DNA from: Hydrolagus colliei
Taxonomy: Eukaryota
Assembly (NCBI GenBank): GCA_035084275.1
Contig: CM068743.1
Location: 44,206,001-44,270,000, forward strand
DNA length: 64,000 nt
Direction of reading: 5' to 3'
Part shown: piece after piece, positions 13,734 to 25,918 of the stretch
Numbering within the stretch: position 1 is the first letter of the stretch
Layout: each line of letters begins with the position of its first letter
Program-made: the position numbers and the translations under genes
Notes under the pieces: model-generated
What the model was told of the DNA's origin: nothing
What the model saw: the letters and a program-made list of their open reading frames with translations, nothing else
Database searches by the model: none

Positions 13734-15751
13734 CTGTTAACAATCATAAAGTTGCAATGGAGTCCTTGGCATTACTGTTTATTGCATATCTTAGATACAA
13801 AAGTTGGATGAAGTAAAAGCAATTCATCGGGACTCAGGCACGCAAGTTATCACTCATTGCAGACAGGCCACGTTCTATGCTGAATGCAATATCGACAAAA
13901 CATGCAATTAGCTCAGTTTCGGCAGATTTCACACTGCGGACAGCTGAGCAAGGCAACTTGAATTAAATTAATACTTCAGTTACAAGTACGGCACCACTTA
14001 CGTTATTGACAGGCAATCTGGTGATGGCGCACTTCCTCTGCTCTTAAACCGTGTTTCGGGCCTCATGCAATCACATTCTGTTAGCTGGAGTGTCTATTAG
14101 CACAGGTGGGAAAGGAAATGGATTTGGATGTGATTAGCTATTCAATGAAAGGATCCACTCATTCTTAGCAGGAAGAACCAACGAGGACCATGAGGTACCT
14201 CAAGGACATTTGGTTTAACCTTGCTTCCAACATTGTTTATGTGGCTCACTTGGGTTGTGCATGATTTGGGTATCTAGCCTTCAAAATGATACAGAACTGA
14301 AAGATATCTGCAGGGCATTTGACTTGTTTTATTGATGGAAAACAAATCAAGATCAAGGAACAAGATCAAAGATTTTAGAATGCCGAGTAAACTGTAAGTA
14401 AATTATTTAATGTGGACTGTATGAGAGTAGAACTGGAGGAGTATACAACCAAGTCAACAAGCTTCTAAAGAATTCAGAGATTGAAATTGTTTCACTTGTA
14501 TAACAGTGGATTTTTTTTTAGCTTCTTTCTGCCATGTGGATCAGTTGGATCTAACAAAAACTGTTCTTGCTATTGCAAAGAAACATGCAGTCTTTAACCT
14601 GGTTTACATGTTCCTCCTAACAGACCGGTTGGAAGAACTCCACTCTCATCCACAAATCAATTCCTACCCTAGTATATCCCTACCTCACCAATCTGCTCAC
14701 ACCCCTCTTTCTACTCACCACTTCATTCATCTGGCTTGGGTTTTTTGCGGATCCCTGACACCTCCATTCCATCAATGATGGCCGTGCCATTGGCCATTAT
14801 GCCCCAAACATATCAAATTATTTGTCTTAATCCATCTGCTGTGTTCCCCTCTACCAATCTTTTTTTTTGCTTCAGTGAAAAGTCCTTACCTGCTTAACTT
14901 GTTTATTTGACCTGAAAAATATCACACAGATCACAAATCTGAATTGATAAGATTCGATAATTATTTGGTTTAGAACTGGATCAATGGTTTTCAGGAATAA
15001 ATAAAAAGGTTATCAGCTTCCTTATTGAACACTTAAATTCTATTGCAGATGGTACTATGGGAATGCCATCACTAATTCAATATTGCTTTCATATAAAAAT
15101 AAGATTAAATGCTATTAATGTATGCAGACACTTCAGTTTCAGACTTTCTTATTTCGTTTTAACTAAAATCCTCAAGAAAGCATTTATTTGGAAACTTTGT
15201 TGAAAAGTTTTCTATAATAATCACACATTATTGTAAAGCGTTAAATTGATAATAACATAATAATTTAAAAAGAGATCGACATCCAACTTTATTAACCACT
15301 GACAGAAAAAGTAAAGGTCAATCAATTTATTCAAATTTTTTACTACTGCTCGGCAATTCAAAATGTCACATTTACACTCCAATAATCTCTGCAGCACAAC
15401 AAGAATCTGTAGACACATATTTAAATATTTTGGTAAGTGAAATCACGGTTCAGTGCATTGGGGGTTTATTATCGTGTCTGTTTAAATGAAAAATGACAAA
15501 ATGTCTTACGATGCCTGTCGGTGAAGATTTGAGCTCAACATTAACTGTCAACATAAGTGAAAGTAAAACTTTAAATTAGCCGCAATACTTTAGCCATCTT
15601 AAAGTTCTGTTTTGATGGGCCTCAAAACTCAAATTCATCTAACTATTGAAGATCTTAGTGTCCTTTATTTACAGGAATAATGAATATTCTTGAAAATAGG
15701 ATTGAATGTTCCCATGAATATAATTCAATATTCCTTTATATATGCCTGCTT

Positions 15752-16099
15752 GGACTCCTGTAGCTCAGTGGTTATAGCAGTCACCTCACAAGTGAGAGAC
15801 CTGGGTTTGATTCCCGGAAGGGTGAAATATTGGGATAGTTTCCTTACTCCACATGCCAGTGTACCTAGCAATAAGTAGGATCCTGGTTGTTAGACAATTG
15901 GCAGATCGCTTTTCTGGGCGTAATAATTAGTTTTAAAAAATGATAATTGTTAATTAGTTTTTAGGACACTGCTGTGTGTAATGGCTGCTGTGTGTCACCC
16001 ACAAATATACAGTCAATTCACTTTACAGTATATTCTGTGAAGCGCTTTGAGACATCTAGAAGACGTGAAAAGTGCTATATCAAATGCAAGGATTATTAC
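15752..16099 (+). mobile_element. tRNA-derived SINE, long form
   Basis: Same head and tail plus an extra segment (gtacctagcaataagtaggatcctggttgttag...). Confidence 0.87.
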
Positions 16100-16860
16100 T
16101 GTATATAATATATCAAAAAGCAGGATTATTAATAATATGATAGTACTATTTGAGCCCCCACTTGTTGAATTTGTTTGTATTCAACTGTATATCTAATAAT
16201 AAAATCCTTGCATTTGATATAGTGCTTTTCACACCTTCTAGAAGTCTCAAAACGCTTCACACATTATACAGATTATACTGCACTTATCTACTTCAATTCA
16301 TAAATAAGTTCTTGTTCCTTATAAATTCAATTTCCATGTTGCTATCAGGGCCGTACGCAGGATTTTTTTTGGGGGGGTGCGAATTGCTAGTGATGGGACC
16401 AACGATGGCCGGGGGCTTGGGGGCTGCCCCCGAAGCCCCCTCGAGGTCTTCATACTTTACTCTTATGTAAGAGTAAAGTATGAATGATGTGCTCAGATAT
16501 TCCAGCAAAGCAAATTTTATAAAAGACAAGAAAATATACAGAAACTGAAAATCAGTGTCAAACAGTTAATTCACACGTGTTACAAGCCTGTTATCAGCAT
16601 TATCCTGAAAATATCGTTGAACTGTGAGCAATAGTGTAGTTAGTTTTTATTTATTTATTTAGAATCAAAATGAAAGGCATCAAGCAATACTGATCTGACG
16701 AAAAAATACTTGAAAAAATAAGGGAGGGGAAATTAATTATTTAATAGCGTTCCGTATTCGAGACGCCTCGGTCGCTTTGAAGCGAATACGTCAACCACTC
16801 TACCAATATCGATTTCCATATTGTAATGAATGTGCATTAACGCGAGGGCTGAAAGTCGCT

Positions 16861-17158
16861 CCTATACGGAGCAGAATGCTGGACACTTAGGCAAACCTCG
16901 ACCAGGAGATTAGGTGACTCGTGAGGTATATACCAGGCTTGTAAGAGCCGCCCTGAACGTTTACTGGCGACAGCATCTGACAAATAGTGAGCTATATGGT
17001 ACATTACCACACTGGTATCACAGACATTACCGCAGAGGCGTCTTAGGTTTAGCGGACATAGCTGGAGAAGCCGGGAGGAAACTGTCCATAGTGCTACTAT
17101 CCTATGGGAACCATTGCACGGTCACAGAACACGAGGTAGACCGACCCTAACCTACCTC
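16861..17158 (+). mobile_element. RTE-clade LINE C-terminal fragment inside the hAT-like element
   Basis: LYGAECWTL, YTRLVRAALNVYWRQHLTNSELYGTLP, QRRLRFSGHSWRS, LWEPLHGHRTRGRPTLTY across frameshifts; typical RTE C-terminus. Confidence 0.88.
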
Positions 17159-17529
17159 GCTACATGAAATGCACGGATTATATTATTATTCAAAGAGAGA
17201 AAGAGTGACTTTCAGAGGAGTCACGTTGAAGAGATTTGTGTAGGAAGAGCTGTTGCTTTGCAGACTCGACTGCACCTGTCCTTTATATCCCGCTGGTGTG
17301 AGGCAGCAGTTCTGGGGACCTCAACTCTAACAGGTGTAGGTTAACAATCCTTTAAGTTATAGCCAATTACGTGACACTGCCCACAAACCCTGAAAATAAA
17401 TCTCAGTTGTCAATCAGTCAGATATGCAACCTCGACCTTGGGAATGTCTTCAGATTCAGAGGCACTGAGTAGGAGGGAAAGAAAGTTTCCCACAGGTGAT
17501 AGAAGACAGCAGCATCACCTGGCGAGTCG

Positions 17530-17930
17530 CCTGGCACAGTGAATAGCACTCTGGCCTCTGAGTCAGAAAGTTGTGGGTTCAAACCCCACGTCGGCACTCG
17601 GTATCACACAGAGGAAGCTGACACTTCAATGTGGTGCTGTGGGGGGGGGGGGTTAGAGGCTGTTCTTTTGGTTGAGATGCTGAACCGAGGTCTGATCCGT
17701 CTGTTTAGATGGATGTGAAAAGATCCTCTGACACTACTCGAAAAGCGGAGGGAAGTCTCTCTCCTGTTGTCCTGGCCAACAAACGCCCCCAAATAAAATC
17801 GGTGATTCACTCCATCGGTGTTTGTGGGACAATCCTGGGCAAAAACTGGCCACTTTACAGTACGTTCTGTGAAGCCTCTGAGCTGTCTGACAATGTACTA
17901 AGGCACTATTATCAATTGCTAACATTATCA
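17530..17930 (+). mobile_element. DeuSINE (SacSINE1-like). Other degraded copies: ~10830-11110(-), 22405-22760(-), 25745-26770(-), 33445-33995(+), 39305-39650(-), 43265-43500(+), 50820-51385(-), 53255-55000(+, split by CR1)
   Basis: tRNA-like head (ctctgagtcagaaagttgtgggttcaaacccca) followed by Deu-domain-like gagatgctgaaccgagg...ggatgtgaaaagatcc...tgtcctggccaac; assignment from recalled consensus. Confidence 0.75.
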
Positions 17931-18745
17931 GATTAAAATACGATTTCAGCTTCCACAAAGTGGTGCTACCTTTTTATGTAGTGACTGTATACGGGATGAT
18001 TTCCGATTGACACACCACGTGGAATAGGCGCTAAAGCATAGGTCTACGTCCATGAGTATTTTTGTTAAAGATAGGCATTCCCGTCCAGACACATATAACT
18101 TTTTTGTTGGGTTCTCAAAAGCTTTAATTTCTCAGAAGCTTGTAAATATGTTGTCATTGTTTGCTGGCATTACAGTCACACCTCTCAAAACTTGAGTAAT
18201 TTTTACTTACGGTGATCAGATGAAAAGATGATTTTAACTCCAGAATTGGTGCTACCCCTTGTGGCTGTTTACGGGATGATTTCCAAACGAGGATTTGAGT
18301 CTTGGCGCCTATGTTTATCCAATCACGAGTCACAGACTCGCCGCGTCATGGACTGGTCTATCGACGCGGTATGTTTTGGGGTAGACGCCGATTCTGGTGC
18401 GCGACTCGATAATTTTATATTAATACTAAATCATTCAAAGATGTGTATTTATAATTTATACATAGTTTTGAAGAACTGATTGTTGCACAAATGTTCAATA
18501 AATTTACTTGGTATTTAAATTTGATAAAAAAATGCAATTCTCTACCCCGGAAAATGTGGACCTTTTATAATTTGGGGGGGTGCGTACGCACCCGTCGCAC
18601 ACCCCCTGCGTACGGCCTTGCCCCACTACCTGTCTCCTCAAACCTTTGCACTGAGGCCCTGAAGCTTCAAGCTGCTCCATTTGGTGAATTTGTAGCTTCA
18701 CGGGATATTGGTTTAATTTAATCTAAATAAAGTGAACAATTTTAC

Positions 18746-19444
18746 CTCTTTCTCCATTCCAAATTCCCTGGTCCAATGAAACCTCACCTTGTGAAGGCTT
18801 GTTTATTGCCTTCCTTCAATGGCATTTCTCAAATTTGCCCAATTCTTATAATAGTCCTTCATTTTGAAACTGTAAGTAATTGTTCTTCTGTAGAATCTGT
18901 AGTTGAGTTGTACGGCCTTGCTATACCGAATTCTGAGTGTACTTTCAGGAGCACAGGAAACGTTTTTTGCTTAGGAGCGGGTTAATGAAATCAAATGGAT
19001 TTAGGGAGGTATTTTGAGACAATCTTTTACCAACGTGAAAACTACAAGTACTTTGATTTTGAAATGCTGGGTACAACTGCAACAGTGTTAGATTGATTTA
19101 TATTGTTTATAACATGATTAAACTTAGAACTACGAAAAATAGCTGACATTTGAATCAACCCAGGGGACCCAATAGAGATCTAGACTGACAAGTAATAGAG
19201 ATGCATGAGGTCTCGATAAGGTTTGATTCTGAAACTCAATTCCAAATCAACCCAAGATTCATTCTTGGAGATACGATTGGAGCTGCTCTTAACATTTAGG
19301 TTGAACATCTGCATTCATAATGCACATGTGGAGCTAGCAGTGACAAATGACATATCTCTTCGAAAATTTGACTTGGTCTGTCCAGCCTCTAAAATATAAT
19401 GATATTTCACTACCAGGATTGACATCCTAATTTATACCTACACG
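18746..19444 (-). pseudogene. Decayed exon(s)
   Basis: Strong acceptor ttttcccttttatttttcag at 19445. Phase-2 frame gives MSILVVKYHYILEAGQTKSNFRRDMSF...ESWVDLELSFRIKPYRDLMHLYYLSV with stops; downstream AKNVSCAPESTLRIRYSKAVQLNYRFYRRTITYSFKMKDYYKNWANLRNAIEGRQ*TSLHKVRFHWTREFGMEKE|gtaaaa. Confidence 0.5.
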
Positions 19445-20860
19445 CTGAAAAATAAAAGGGAAAATTACAAGTGAGGGAATACATAAAAACATAGCACCAC
19501 GAGGGTAATATCAGAACATATTGCACTTAGGGATGAGCACCCATCAAATTCTGAATCTCAAAAGCATCTGGACTCACACATCTGTTGTATACAGAGAGAA
19601 AATGGCTGCTCTCAATTCTCTCACAGTGCCTATTTTGCTGTAATAAGAGTCTATAACAATAACTGATTGTGAGTTTTGTGGGATCCACAAATTAAGTGTT
19701 TTTTAGCCAAATAAATGTAACAAAAAAAAGGAGATCAGGCCTACAGAATGCTTGAAAAGTATGAGATTTGTTGAGTGAGTCAAACCAAGCACTTGATCTC
19801 AGTGTGAAATATGCCACTCATCTTTCTATTACACTGCACTGCACTTGCTTGAATAGAATTCAATTCACAATCTCAAACTCTAAGTCATCTATTTTTCTGC
19901 TGTATTTTCTGTGGGAAAATACACAAATGGCATAAAAGTAGGACCGCATCATCCTATTTTGATTTGAGCATTATTGTGACAACTTATAAAAATAATTGTT
20001 TTTAAGTGGTTTGGTGGACTTGTCTACAAACATGTTTTACTACAGAATAGTTCAATAAAGGTTTAATCGTTGTTTCCAAATGTTATATATCAAAATTGTA
20101 TTTTGTGATATTTATACTATACTAAGGCAAACTGTTTCTTGATGTCATTACCAGCAGCACATTTGTGCTCTAAATGTGAGAGGACGTTTTGCTTCAAAGT
20201 TACTACTGCTCAACTCGATTAAATTGTCAATCAAATTCTAATCAGATGAATGATCAAAACTGATTTAATATTCATAGTTAAACAGTGTAATGGTGTACAG
20301 AGCAGAAAGGAAAGAATGGTTCAGTCAGTGGACTATTTAATGTCCACCACAACTCCTTGACTCACTTAGTGAGTTTCTTATGCTTACAATTTTCATCCAC
20401 ATTGGGCTTCTATATACAGTAGTATGTAACACTGTTTACTATATTTGTATTTGATATTTAAATAGGACACAAATGTTTCAGCAGAAAATTTAAACCTTTT
20501 ACAGCAACATGTTACTAAGTGAGCTACAGAATCTAAGCATTTGGACTCTAATATCAGATTGTCTCCGCTATTGCTAACACAAGCAATAGTTATGCTTGAT
20601 ATAACTTGCTTTTCTCAAAGATGTTTTGGGGCTGATACTTTGGTTTGCAATCTATAATATTACACTAATCCATTTTTTTCTCTTTCACTAATCTACCTGC
20701 CTGCCTGTCCATCTATAATATATCATGTATACAATTGTATTTTACTGAGCACATTGTCATTCTTTCATTCACTTTATCCTCTTGTTTTGGTTTATTTGCT
20801 TTATAGAAATTGGGTCCTGTACATTCCAGTGGCTAAATGGATTCCTAAACTATCATATAA

Positions 20861-21183
20861 TAATAATAATAATAATCCTTGCATTTGATATAGCGCTTTT
20901 CACATCTCATCGATGTCTCAAAGCGCTTCACAGAATATACTGTAAAGTAAATTGACAGTATAATTTGTGGGCGAAACGCGGCAGCCAATTGCGCATAGCA
21001 GTGTCCCACAAACAGTCATGGATTGAAATGATCAATTTTATTATTGTCGGTTTTTTGGACGGATTATTATTAGGCATGTGGAGTGAGGAAACTTGACCAA
21101 GGTTTTGCCCTGACCTGCCTGGATTCGAACACAGGTCTCACGCTTGTAAGGCGAGTGCTCTAACAGGAGTCACAGGAGCTCCA
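20861..21183 (-). mobile_element. tRNA-derived SINE, short form
   Basis: Same family; B box gttcgaatcc on minus strand; (taa)n tail. Confidence 0.88.
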
Positions 21184-21224
21184 TGAACAAATATCAACAA
21201 ATACAAACCAGATTCTACTTAATA

Positions 21225-21775
21225 TTATGTCTGCTCCTCATACCCACAGCAGCCAAAATCCTTGTCCACTCCTTTCTCACTTCGCGACAACCTTTTTCAA
21301 TTCCCCTCCTTTCTGGTCTCCACAGTTCTACCATACATAAAATGTAATTAATTAAAAACTCCCCCACTCAGATACTAATTCGCACAAAACTCTGAACCCC
21401 AATCACACCAGTCCTTGACAGGCTGAACTGGCTCCCAATCACCAAATGAATTGACTACAAAATCATCTCATTTGTTTTCAGTTCCCTTCATGCCCTTGCA
21501 CCTCCTACCTATCCAACCTGCTTAGCCCCCACTCTACCACCTTCAGCCCTTGCTCCCTTCAGATCCAGCGACCATACTTTCAGCCATAACACCGCAAAAC
21601 TATGGAACTCCCTCCCTCAATCCCTCCACCTTGCCCCACTCTTCCCATTTTAAAATCCCATTGAAAGACCTTCCTTTTTCATCATGCTTATGGTCATATT
21701 CCCCCTCCCTCTCCCCTTGGATCTGGGACACCACTCCACATGAAGGATGCTATATAAATGCAAGTTATTGTTGTA
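21225..21775 (+). mobile_element. Old L2 3' fragment
   Basis: Degraded LNWLP / LWNSLP-coding sequence and L2-type tail. Confidence 0.75.
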
Positions 21776-21927
21776 TTATGACTTTTTTTAAATGAAAAAA
21801 TAATTTATTCTACTATCATGACTCCTTTCACTTTGAACATAATATAGTATAAGCACTATATCAAATAATAATGCCCCAGGATTATTATTATTATACTTTG
21901 TTCAACCATACAGTATGCTTAGTTTAC

Positions 21928-22312
21928 TCTGACAAAGGAGCAATAGTCCAGTGCAGCTCTTCAGCAGGACTTCGGGGGGCAAACCAATCACCAGTTGTAG
22001 CGATTATTCCCATCTGGCTCCTTTTAACCATAAAAGTTGAAGCCTAATAGGTCCGAGCTGGACATGGAACAAGAAGCTTGCAAGACAGTGCTTTCAATGA
22101 CATGCAATAATGCAATGCTGAATCTGGGATCCCCAAACATTCTCTCTCGGAAATATCTTCACCTGATACTCTCCGGAATAAGGTAAACAGAATTGTGTCC
22201 GCTCAGGAAGAGATTGTGAATTCCATTCCAAACACAGGGAAAGTTCTCTGTGTAGGTGGTATACACACTTTCCAGTTGGTACACTCTTTAAGACGGTAAT
22301 GGGTTTCTACAT
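21928..22312 (-). pseudogene. Pseudo-exon (385 nt, phase 1 to 2)
   Basis: VETHYRLKECTNWKVCIPPTQRTFPVFGMEFTISS*ADTILFTLFRRVSGEDISERECLGIPDSALHYCMSLKALSCKLLVPCPARTY*ASTFMVKRSQMGIIATTGDWFAPRSPAEELHWTIAPLS; 2 stops in 127 codons; donor AGA|gtaaac. Acceptor abuts an L2 tail, so the 5' boundary is uncertain. Confidence 0.6.
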
Positions 22313-23344
22313 CTGTCACACAACAACAAAATTACATTTGTATAACGGCTTTCACATCGGGAGGATGTCCTAGGCCCTGACGTTCCCAAGCACATGCTTA
22401 CCTGACAATAATAACAATAATTGTTCCATTTATTGTACCATCTTTCACCTCAGGAGGATGGCGCAAGTGTTTTACAGGAATTACTGTAAAGCGTGGTGAG
22501 TATGCAAATGCAGCAACCAGTTTGTGGGACGTTGCACACAGCGATGAAGTTCATGACTAGTATTATCTGAGGATTGTTGGCCAGTAAACTAGGAGAAATT
22601 TCCCGTCACTTCTCAAAAATGTGCCAGAAACTCTTGAACGTCCACCCGAACAGGCAGATGTTCTGTTTAATGTATCATCCCACCAACGTAGTGCGTCCCA
22701 GCACTACACTAAAGTGTCAGCCTAGACCTTCTCACTCAGCGGCGAGACCAATGAGACACCTATCAACCTATATTGTCAAACATGAGGTGAATTCTAATAG
22801 ATTTCCAAATAAGGATTCCTTCCAGTAACCTGAAGCCATGCATGTCACATTGACATCCAGCAGAATGGAGCTCCATTCTGAACATAAATTGTGTCAGAGT
22901 GCAAGTTTTGCTTATAGGCATGAATATTTCCTTGTGACGGATACCATTAGAAATCATTGCATATTAGATTCCATTAATGTGCATTTGTACTGCAAACAGC
23001 CATTAGCTACACAAGTTGTAAAAGTGCCTGAACTTTCTGGCATAAAGAATATAGCCCACTTCATGTCTTAGATTTTAGGTGAGATCACGTTATACTTCCA
23101 GTATTTCTTTTGTTTTTACTTTTCAACAAATGTTTTGTGAAGTGTTTATTATTCTCGACAGAGGCAGAAATTCATTATTGACAATGACAGGAACAGTAAA
23201 GGAATGAATACAAGTTAAACTTGAATGCATAATTGGGCAAAACTTGCAGTATTCTTCTTAAAGCATTCCTTGTCTAGTTCAATTAACATAATAAGGAATA
23301 CCTCCCAAAATTTATTATAATTCAGTTTATTTTGTCAATGACGA

Positions 23345-23680
23345 ACAAACCCAACAATGACGGATCTCTCCTCAAAACAGCACCCGTTGCCTTTGCTCCA
23401 CTGGGTCTGACCTCCATCTTGTCCCCCGAATCCTCTGCTCCACCATTGGCAGCCGTGCCTTCAGCCACTATGCCCAGAAGCTCTGGAACTCCCTTCCTGA
23501 CTCCCTTTCCCTCACCCCCTCTCTTCCTAGTATCAGGTCTCAGCTAAAGACCTTTCTTTTGACCGTGCCTTCGGTCACCTTTTTCCCCCAGCTACTGGCT
23601 CGGCCCCAGGATGCATTATTGTGAAGCACTCTGAGACTCCGTGGAGGGCGCTATATAGATTGAAGTTGCTGTTGTTGTTA
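23345..23680 (+). mobile_element. L2 3' fragment
   Basis: ctctggaactcccttcc (LWNSLP); tail gtggagggcgctatatagattgaagttgctgttg. Confidence 0.8.
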
Positions 23681-23888
23681 TCTACTGGATGCTGAGGATT
23701 AAAATACTGATATTTTCCTCAATTGTTTCATGGTAAATCAATGTCAGTGAAATAATTTTACCATATTATCTGTGGTAGAAACTAATAATGCAAATACTGT
23801 ACAACATTTTCAAGGGTATCTTGATTGAAAATAGAGGATGAGTAATATGTTTCACAATAGATTTATTGTTAATTCAATGTTAACTGTT

Positions 23889-24501
23889 GCTCAGTGGTTA
23901 GAGCACTTGCCTTAATAATCCGTCCCCAAAAAAATCTGTAATAAAAATTGGTCATTTCAATCCACGACTGTTTGTGGGACACTGATGTGCGCAATTGGCT
24001 GCCATGTTTTGCCCACACATATACAGTCAATTCACTTTACAGTATATTCTGTGAAGCGCTTTGAGATGTCTAGAAGAAGTGAAAAGCACTGTATCAAAAT
24101 TATACATTTGAATGGTTACATTCAAGCACTCTGGATGCTACCCTGCATAAGGGGTGCTATATAAATGAAAGTTGTTGTTGGTTAGAGCACTTGCTTCACC
24201 CGCGAGAGGACCTAGATTTGATTCCTGGCAGGGCAAAACATTGGGCAGGTTTCCTTACTCCACACACCTCTGTTTACATAGCAGTAAGTAAGAACCAAGT
24301 TGTTAGTCGATTGGCAAATTGCTTTTCTGCGGATAATAACTCCCCTCAAAAAATGCGGTCACTCAATTAACAACTGTTTGTGGAACACTGCTGTGCCGAA
24401 ATACACAGTTAGTTCATTTTACAGTGTATTTTGTGAAGCGCTTTGAGACGTTTTGAAAATGTGATAAAGCACAATATCAAATGCAACCATTGTTATTATT
24501 A
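23889..24501 (+). mobile_element. Tandem/nested SINE cluster (partial SINE, L2 tail, long-form SINE)
   Basis: Duplicated tggttagagcacttgc at 23895-23910 and 24179-24194. Confidence 0.8.
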
Positions 24502-25385
24502 TGAGTAAGTAATGAATGTCATCAATAATCAATTGATGCATCAAGTGAATATTCCAGAGTTGTCCAGGCCAACATCCACACCTACATCAAATTATTAATA
24601 ATTTCATCTAAATTCAGGTCTCTTTGTAACTTGCTCATTTGTCAGGGTAGATGTGCATAGAATATTCAGAATACTTTCTTGGTTGTTATGAGTGAAAATC
24701 CCAAAGATATACTGATTATTTTTCACCAGAAGTCACTCAGGTTTTAAGATCCTAGCCAACATTTCATCATTTCACATAATTGTTCAAGGTCTTGCTCGTT
24801 TTTACCTATGCTGATGTTTCTTCTTTATTCATTTGCCTGTACAATGGACTTTTTTGCATTTTATCCATGAAGGTTTATTTCATATTCACTTATTGGATTC
24901 TGTTATTTTTCTCTGGTTATGGCTTTTGATCTGAATACAAGGATTTGTTTTTAGTTCATTTCAACTAAGATTTTTGAACTTGGGCTGCTCTGCTATTAAT
25001 GCTTTTGCACTGATTCATTCATTCTTTACTCTGTGCTAATGACTTTTCACTGGGTTATATGCTTAAGTGCACAATCCTCCAGAAGCTCCCTCTTCTTTTC
25101 TTCAATTTGCCATTCAGTTTATACCATTTGGAGCAGGAATATTGGAGTAGTGCCAATGTTTGGTTACTGCTTTGTTCACCAACAGGCTGTTTCATTTACA
25201 CATTTCTGCTGTTGTCTGACCTGAGAGTGAGTTCCAGTTTCTCAACCATTTTATATACTACCTGCATCCATTTTATTGCCAGGAATCACAATTCCACTCT
25301 AGAAATTTAACATAAATAAGGGGTGAGCACTGAGCTCTCCTTGTGTACTATGTCTGACACTTTACAATAAAACAAATCCTTGATA

Positions 25386-25637
25386 CAGTAAAAGTTTGGT
25401 TTTCCAGGAATGTTACCCCCGCGTTCGACAAGGGTTGACTGTACTATTTATGGATGATTTATTGGTATGTATCCATACAATATTCTGTTATTATATGTAT
25501 TATTAATATGGAATGTTTTAAAATAAGTACATTTTTTGTGTAGGATTTTTGGCAGCTTGCTGCTCGAATATCCAGCATATTTGATTAACTGGCCACCGGT
25601 CAGGTCTCGAAGGTACCGGAAAACACAGCTTTTACTG
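25386..25637. mobile_element. Tigger/pogo-like MITE, older copy related to 35293-35513
   Basis: ta-cagtaaaag ... cttttactg-ta; shared internal gaatatccagca segment; contains the end of a second Tigger-like element (~25415-25443). Confidence 0.75.
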
Positions 25638-25918
25638 TATAATGCTTTATAATGATTTTTAAAAGTCCTTGCATTTGATGGATTATTAATACACCTTATT
25701 ACCTTGTTGAGACGTCTCAAAACATTATCCGCTACCCTGATGTTATTGTGATGCTTCAAAGTGCTTTACAGGATATATGTAAAGTATGGTAACTGTGTAT
25801 GTTTGGGTGAATGAGGCAGCCACTTTGGGCACAACAACTTCTCAAAACCAGCCATGAAATGAATGAATGATAAATTTAAGCTGGAGAACTATTAGCCAAG
25901 ACAACAGGAAAATATCCC

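Larger units (their letters stand above)
16346..18620. mobile_element. Composite non-autonomous hAT-like element
   Basis: 16-bp TIRs cagggccgtacgcagg / cctgcgtacggccttg (1 mismatch); CpG-rich ends; no transposase; no matching 8-bp TSD. Confidence 0.7.

Noticed and set aside
15960-16280. Inverted SINE tails able to form a hairpin
   Set aside because: Expected by chance at this SINE density; no evidence of function.
3312-22312. In-frame TGA codons as selenocysteine or readthrough
   Set aside because: TAA/TAG stops and frameshifts also occur; CGA>TGA decay is the simpler explanation; no SECIS recognised.
22861-22880. Perfect 20-bp palindrome cagaatggagctccattctg
   Set aside because: Isolated, with no TSD, second copy or extended hairpin; no function supportable.
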